Shown here: positions 58,517 through 64,000 of the stretch, in pieces
Numbering within the stretch: position 1 is the stretch's first letter
How the letters are laid out: the number at the start of each line of letters is the position of its first letter
Origin: Limnothrix sp. BL-A-16
GTDB taxonomy: Bacteria; Cyanobacteriota; Cyanobacteriia; CACIAM-69d
Length of the DNA: 64,000 nt
Assembly (NCBI GenBank): GCA_041937175.2
Contig: CP166615.1
Coordinates: 4,475,750 to 4,539,749, forward strand
Reading direction: 5' to 3'
Position numbers and translations under genes: made by a program
Notes under the pieces: model-generated
Seen by the model: the letters and a program-made list of their open reading frames with translations, nothing else
Databases searched by the model: none
Told to the model about the DNA's origin: nothing

Positions 58517-61096
58517 CTAACGGGCCGTCAAGGGCGCAAACTCCGTCAGAATGCCATACATTGCCCAAATGGCCATCGGTCGCAAGTAGGTACTGGCCCG
58601 GAAGGTGTTTTGAGCGGTGATAGCCTCCGGCGTTCGGAATTGCAAGCCCCCGCCATAGATTTGATGCACAACGGCGGCGGCCACTTCCATAGCTTCCTGC
58701 TGGTAGCCCATTTGCAACCAAAAGGCCGCTAGCCCAAAGTTAATCCCTGTCCAGACTTCTAGGGGGTGGGTGGCTTTTGGGTTTTCCGGGGAACCATCGG
58801 GCAACACACCGTTGGCCACCCCCAGGTTGGGCAGATCGTGGGGGATGTTCCACCCCAGTTCCCGGGCCCGATCGCTCCGACAGAAGGCGTTGAACTTGAC
58901 GAAACAGGAATCATAAACCGTTTCGATCGTCCTGCGGGTGGCGGCACTGTCCACCACATCCGGCAGTCCCAGCAACCGAGCATAGAACTGTCCGCAGAGC
59001 TGATCCGCCATCACCACGTCAGAACCGCTGCCGGTGTCGAGGCGATAGGATTGCCCGTTCCAGAGGGCCAGGTGATAAACCGATCGGGCTTGGGTGAGCC
59101 AGTCCTGGTAGGTGGCCAGGGTGGCCGCCAAGCTGGAACGATCGAGGGCGGCGCGGGCCCGGTCTGATTCATAGGTTAAATCATCCAGATCGGCTGCCAA
59201 CAGCACTTGCCCGATCGCGATCGCCGCCTCCAGGGCCGCAATCCACAGGCCACCACAATAGGCACTCACGCCCACCAAGCGCCAGTCATCAAAGGTTTGA
59301 TCCGGTGCGCCGGAGTTTTCGGGAATGCCGTCGCCGTCTTGGTCAAAGGTTTTTAGGTAAGCGAGCGATCGCTCCACCGAATCCCAGCAGTCTACCAAGA
59401 ATTGTTGATCGTTCGCTCCCGTAAGCTGATAGTCCCGGTAGACCTGCAACACGAAATCGCAGGGTAAATCCTTCCACAGGTTGCAATCCTGATAGCTGGT
59501 GTAGTTGGTGGCTTCCCAGGGATGTTCGTTCGGCGCGCCCAAATCGTGAGGGGTGGCATCGGCAATTTTCCGAACCGCCGCCGCCCGGTTATAGCCAATG
59601 ATCCGAGGGGTGGCATCGGCCGTGGGAATTGCCCGCGCAAAGGCCCGCATCACGGCCTTTTCCAACTCCGGCCACAGTAGCAGCAGCCCAAAGGAACCAT
59701 AGAGCCGCACATCTAAACTTTCATACCAGCGGTAATCCAGACATTCGGCCACGGCGAACTGGCCCTTGGGATCTCGCTCGTCGGCGGCACTCCAAACGGT
59801 GGCCCCGGCCGTCAGGTCGTATAGCTCATTGAGGAGACCCATTTTGAACCAGTCGGGCCAATCCGGGCGATCGAGCACGGGTTTTTGCCAGGCTATGATC
59901 CCCTCGCGCCAGGCATCGTAATGCTTCAGGGCGGTGCGGGCGATCGACCAAGCCCCCTGGCCATTGCGCCCGAAAAAGTCCGTGTAGCGCCGGTAATAGG
60001 TCACACCCGCTTTAAATTCTGTGGTGGGAAAGTCCCAGGCCAGGATGAAGGGAATTTTGCGGGTTTTGCCGGGTCGGAGGGTGAAGCGAACGGCAATCGC
60101 CGCGCCGATCCGTTCACCGGCCTTGGCGGGCCGATCGTCGCTCTCGTCGGACAGGTCACCCGATCGGGAAAAATCGTGCCACAGATCCGACCCATCGCCG
60201 GCTGGGTTCCAGCGGGTGTGGTGAAACACTTCCACCGCCGGGTTTTGCACCGTCATTAGGGCCCATTGGCCCATGCCTTCGGCCAAGGGGCGATCGCCCG
60301 GATCAATCAAGCCTTCCAAGTTCAGGAGCGTGCAGCCCACCCGCGAGAAATCTTCGATCCAGCGGTTAAAGTTCCCCTCGCTCTCGCCCCAGCGGGGTTG
60401 ATATTCATACTCGGGGCTGCCGTCGTCCCGTACCGTAATTTCGGGATTCTTGAGGGCGTTGGTGAACCAGCCCACCGTGTTTTCCCAACTGAGCAGAATG
60501 CTGACCGTGATTGGGCGATCGGTGGGGTTGTGGGCCGTCCACTCAAACACCGCCACCGGGTAGCTGGTTTCCTGGTAGTTGCCCGCCAAAATCGGTGAAA
60601 ACTGTTCGCAGGTGAGGTGGGTCTGCAACACGTTTTCATAGGTGAACCAACTACGCGGGTAGAGCGCTGAGTAAGTGCCCGTTGAGCGCTCGGCCGTGGA
60701 AGCGGGATACCAATCCCAATTGCCCAGACTGCCATCGGCGGGTGGTTCAGTGCTGAGGGCATAGGCCTGGGGCGAGTCGCCGTCCGCTTGCTCAAAAACC
60801 GCAAACTGACAGCCGGGCAGGTTCGCAAACACATGCTCCCCGCCGTCCATGTGCCAAAAGTTAAATTCACCCCGGGGCGATCGACCTAAGGAGCCGGCCC
60901 CAAACCCACCCAAAGGCGCACCATGCCAGGGGCCATCATCCAAATTGCTGGCATAGCGGACGGTGTAAGGATGGTCCCAACCCAGGCCGATCGGGCGGCT
61001 CCAAGCGCATGAAGGGATTGAGCCGGCGGAGGGGTGACCGGCGAGGGGCGCGATCGGGGTCGCGGGGGAATTGTTTGTGGGATTTGCCTGAACCAT
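58517..61096 (-). CDS. Glycoside hydrolase family 116 (GBA2-like beta-glucosidase)
   Basis: PLGGFGAG, ECLDYRWYESLDV, PHDLG, DQTFDDW, DQLCGQ, FRTPEA, YLRPMAIW. Confidence 0.9.
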   Translation of the reverse strand: MVQANPTNNSPATPIAPLAGHPSAGSIPSCAWSRPIGLGWDHPYTVRYASNLDDGPWHGAPLGGFGAGSLGRSPRGEFNFWHMDGGEHVFANLPGCQFAVFEQADGDSPQAYALSTEPPADGSLGNWDWYPASTAERSTGTYSALYPRSWFTYENVLQTHLTCEQFSPILAGNYQETSYPVAVFEWTAHNPTDRPITVSILLSWENTVGWFTNALKNPEITVRDDGSPEYEYQPRWGESEGNFNRWIEDFSRVGCTLLNLEGLIDPGDRPLAEGMGQWALMTVQNPAVEVFHHTRWNPAGDGSDLWHDFSRSGDLSDESDDRPAKAGERIGAAIAVRFTLRPGKTRKIPFILAWDFPTTEFKAGVTYYRRYTDFFGRNGQGAWSIARTALKHYDAWREGIIAWQKPVLDRPDWPDWFKMGLLNELYDLTAGATVWSAADERDPKGQFAVAECLDYRWYESLDVRLYGSFGLLLLWPELEKAVMRAFARAIPTADATPRIIGYNRAAAVRKIADATPHDLGAPNEHPWEATNYTSYQDCNLWKDLPCDFVLQVYRDYQLTGANDQQFLVDCWDSVERSLAYLKTFDQDGDGIPENSGAPDQTFDDWRLVGVSAYCGGLWIAALEAAIAIGQVLLAADLDDLTYESDRARAALDRSSLAATLATYQDWLTQARSVYHLALWNGQSYRLDTGSGSDVVMADQLCGQFYARLLGLPDVVDSAATRRTIETVYDSCFVKFNAFCRSDRARELGWNIPHDLPNLGVANGVLPDGSPENPKATHPLEVWTGINFGLAAFWLQMGYQQEAMEVAAAVVHQIYGGGLQFRTPEAITAQNTFRASTYLRPMAIWAMYGILTEFAPLTAR

Positions 61097-61425
61097 GCCC
61101 AGAATTCTAAGGTCTTTTGTTCGATCGCGCCTAGAACTTTAGCTGGAGATTCGACGGTTAATCAGCGTCTGAAGAGAAGATCACCCCGATCCCCACCATA
61201 ATGCCCGATCGCCCGGTGGCTCCCACCTTGTGTCTGAGGTCTGTTCTCCAGTACAACGGGGATGGATGATTTTGCAATCAACGTTCACCCATTCTTGATC
61301 GCCGTTCAACCAATCGCTGTTCAACCGATCGCCGTTGAATGACAAGAAAAATTCGAGTCGTTTAGCACTCCAGTCAGCGTCAAGAATTCAGTTTAGGAAC
61401 TCAATCCACTTTTGATGGGCTTGTT

Positions 61426-62625
61426 ATGGAAAGCTGGGCCTATTTGCACTATGCCCTGGCGTTAGAGGCGCTGGATGCCCCGGAACACCCGGAAGACCAA
61501 GATCAGGGAACTGATCCGGTGACCGATCGGGCAACGGGGCAGCTTAATCGAATCACCTCGGGCCGAATGCTCTTGGGGGCGATCGCCCTTGGGGTGTTGT
61601 CTTGGCCGCTGCTGGCCGAAGGGGCCCAGGCCTATAACAGCTTGCGATTCGGCGATCGGGGCTTAGCGGTTCAAAATCTTCAGCAACTGCTCAAGGGGGC
61701 CGGGCTGGAAGTGCCGATTACCGCTGAGTTTGACAGCGCCACGGAACTGGCCCTGCGCAATTACCAACGGCGCACCGGCAAGCTCACTCCCACGGGCGTG
61801 CTCGATCGCACCAGCACCATGATGTTGATGGCGGCCAACGGCGCGCCCGCCCGCCAAGCACCCACCCCCTATTTGGTGCGTGGAGACCAGGGCCCTTCGG
61901 TGCAAGTCCTGCAATGGCGGCTGCGACAGGCCAGCACCTTTAATCTGCCCCTGTTGGTGACCGGAACCTTTGACGAAGCCACCCGTACCGCCCTGTTGAC
62001 CTATCAGGCTCAGCACCGATTGCCGAGAACCGGTGTGTTGGATTTGGAAACCCAAGCCAAACTCGATGCGGAAACGGTGGAGCCGCGCAATCCTTGGCGA
62101 TCGGACGGCCGAGGCGACACGGGCAACACGAACGATCGGGGAAATCAGCCGGGCGGTTGGCAGCCGGTGATTAACCGGCCGCGCCCGGTGGCTCCGGTGG
62201 TGTTGCCGCCAAGCGCTCGTCCCAGTTCCGAGGTGAACACAGGAAGTTATGGAACCCTGACCGCGCCGATCTATGGGGGCGAAACGAGCGATCGCGTGGC
62301 CACCCTCCAAGGCAAACTCCGCACCCTGGGTTTCCAAAAATCGCGCACCAATACGGGCCACTTCGGCAAAGTCACCCAAACGGCCCTGGTTGCCTTCCAG
62401 CGATCGCGCCGGCTTCCCGCCACCGGTTATGTGGATGCAACCACGGTCAATGCCTTGGCCACCGTGCCCGTTTCCGGCCGCCGAGGCTCTCCCTACCTGC
62501 CCGTGAAACGCCATGTGCGCCGGGCCCGAAACTGGGTACGGCCCGCGACCGATTCCAATTGGCAGCCTGTTTATAATCCCTGTTGTGTGCGGATCTGTGG
62601 CCCTGGCTCCGGCGGCTGGCAGTGA
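61426..62625 (+). CDS. Secreted protein with three peptidoglycan-binding domains
   Basis: MESWAYLH leader, hydrophobic segment ending AQA, three G..V..LQ..L...T..A...Q....L..TG..D..T repeats. Confidence 0.8.
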   Translation: MESWAYLHYALALEALDAPEHPEDQDQGTDPVTDRATGQLNRITSGRMLLGAIALGVLSWPLLAEGAQAYNSLRFGDRGLAVQNLQQLLKGAGLEVPITAEFDSATELALRNYQRRTGKLTPTGVLDRTSTMMLMAANGAPARQAPTPYLVRGDQGPSVQVLQWRLRQASTFNLPLLVTGTFDEATRTALLTYQAQHRLPRTGVLDLETQAKLDAETVEPRNPWRSDGRGDTGNTNDRGNQPGGWQPVINRPRPVAPVVLPPSARPSSEVNTGSYGTLTAPIYGGETSDRVATLQGKLRTLGFQKSRTNTGHFGKVTQTALVAFQRSRRLPATGYVDATTVNALATVPVSGRRGSPYLPVKRHVRRARNWVRPATDSNWQPVYNPCCVRICGPGSGGWQ

Positions 62626-62721
62626 TTGAGTTTGCAAATGAGCCTGTGATTGACTCTGTGCCCCCGGTTGCGGATGTTTTGGATTTTTTAAGTTTGGATT
62701 CTTAGGTTTGGCAAATTATCT

Positions 62722-63327
62722 ATGGAAAGTCTTGGCTATCCCCACCTGGCAGCGGCCTACCGGTCTGATGTTTTGGAACTCCCGTCCCTAGAAGCGGCCC
62801 TCAGTCGGGCGATCGCCTGGGAGCGTCTGTCGTCCCAAGGTTGGTTGCGCTTTTTGTCATTGTTGTTGACCGTCAGTATTTTGGGCGCGGCGATCGGCCC
62901 GGCCTTGGCTGCCGAGCGGGCGGGCGAAACCCTCCGCAGTGGCGGCGGCGGTGGCGGCGTGGGCGATGGCCCCGCCTTCGTCAATCCTGATCGGCCGGTC
63001 ACCAAGCCCCTGCCCCCTATCACCGTTCGTCCCTGCCCCACCTTCAAAACCATCAGCAGCTACGTTTACCGTCCCCCTTATCTCCGCAATAACGGTGGAT
63101 GGGGCGCGGGAGCCGGCCCCTGCTATAGCTGCGTGGGCGGTCGCAATGTCAACACCAGTCGTTTGCAACAGCGGCTGAAAGACTTGGGCTATTTCCGTTT
63201 CCGGGTCACGGGGTATTACGGCCCGATCACCGAAGCGGCGGTCAAGCGCTTCCAACGGGACTCTGGCTTAGTTCCTGATGGGGTGGCCGGGCCGCGCACC
63301 AAGGCCGCTCTCGGTTTACTGGGTTAA
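62722..63327 (+). CDS. Secreted protein with one peptidoglycan-binding domain
   Basis: MESLGYPH leader, hydrophobic segment ending ALA, LQQRLKDLGYF...TGYYGPITEAAVKRFQRDSGLVPDGVAGPRT. Confidence 0.82.
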   Translation: MESLGYPHLAAAYRSDVLELPSLEAALSRAIAWERLSSQGWLRFLSLLLTVSILGAAIGPALAAERAGETLRSGGGGGGVGDGPAFVNPDRPVTKPLPPITVRPCPTFKTISSYVYRPPYLRNNGGWGAGAGPCYSCVGGRNVNTSRLQQRLKDLGYFRFRVTGYYGPITEAAVKRFQRDSGLVPDGVAGPRTKAALGLLG

Positions 63328-63341
63328 TGAACCCGATCGCC

Positions 63342-63752
63342 CTAACCCAAATCCCGCTCTAGGGCGATCGCCCATTGGGCTGCGATGTCAATTTGGGTGA
63401 AGGGAATTTTCATGGGTGGGCCGCTGTCCTTGCGCACCAGTTCCAAAATCACCTGCTTGGCTTGAGTGGGGTATTTCTCGGGGTTGATCGCCTGGCCATC
63501 GGCCATGAGCACCACGCCTTGCACTTGCTCTAGGGAAAGCCGTTGCACCTCGATCGGCCCCTTGCGGTTGGGAATGCCCCAAACCAATTCACGACCCTTT
63601 TGGCCCAGGACAGCGTAAATGTCGTATTTGGCGCGATCGAACCCTTTTGCCCAAATTTTGTAAGCCTCTAGCCGTTGATATTCATTCCAACCGGCATAGG
63701 CGAGACCAATAAACAGCCCCAGAAGGGGCAGCCACATCAAACCATGTTCCAT
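63342..63752 (-). CDS. Conserved cyanobacterial hypothetical membrane-anchored protein
   Basis: MEHGLMWLPLL...WNEYQ...AKYDIYAVLG; probable start 63752. Confidence 0.7.
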   Translation of the reverse strand: MEHGLMWLPLLGLFIGLAYAGWNEYQRLEAYKIWAKGFDRAKYDIYAVLGQKGRELVWGIPNRKGPIEVQRLSLEQVQGVVLMADGQAINPEKYPTQAKQVILELVRKDSGPPMKIPFTQIDIAAQWAIALERDLG

Positions 63753-64000
63753 AGGGCCGTTGCGGGGGTGGGACTTGGATAATTGGGGAGAAGATCTTGC
63801 TGATTTTACGGGTCTTGTGGGTCTTGCAGATCGCCTAGGGTTGAGCACCTCATCGTTTTGATCCAAGACTGCAACTCAAAATCTCCATCAAAATTTCACT
63901 TGAACGAATTAAGAATTTCTGAACCTAATCAATATCAAGTGCTGAGTAAGTTAGAGTAATTAATCTAAAATAATAAAAGTCTTAACTCATCTTCTGAGCT

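Overview
Chromosomal window from a cyanobacterium: psbB/psbT, psaC, urtABCDE with a canonical NtcA promoter, and very dense HIP1 GCGATCGC octamers. The moderately high GC and repeat style suggest a Limnothrix-like filamentous strain (inference). Most of the window is ordinary core or conserved genes (hemE, fabF-acpP, trmB, nrdR, hdrB-like, aminotransferase, gldA-like, GH38, GH116, PP2C, SPFH, histidine kinases). The standout is an ~8.2 kb iron locus (7480-15718). One arm holds a ferritin-like gene, feoA and a split feoB. The divergent arm holds an HMA-like/R-rich membrane protein, a Cys-free P1B-6/FezB-like ATPase and a small membrane protein, followed by a convergent DUF5132-like membrane protein, with Fur-like boxes in between. 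Together these match the gene inventory of a ferrosome (fez)-like iron-storage organelle cluster, here in an oxygenic phototroph. Also notable: nested TA-targeting MITEs carrying palindromic/REP cargo, a mosaic NACHT-HEAT gene coupled to an orphan higA, and unusual peptidoglycan-binding fusion proteins. All family assignments come from motifs read by eye; no database searches were run.
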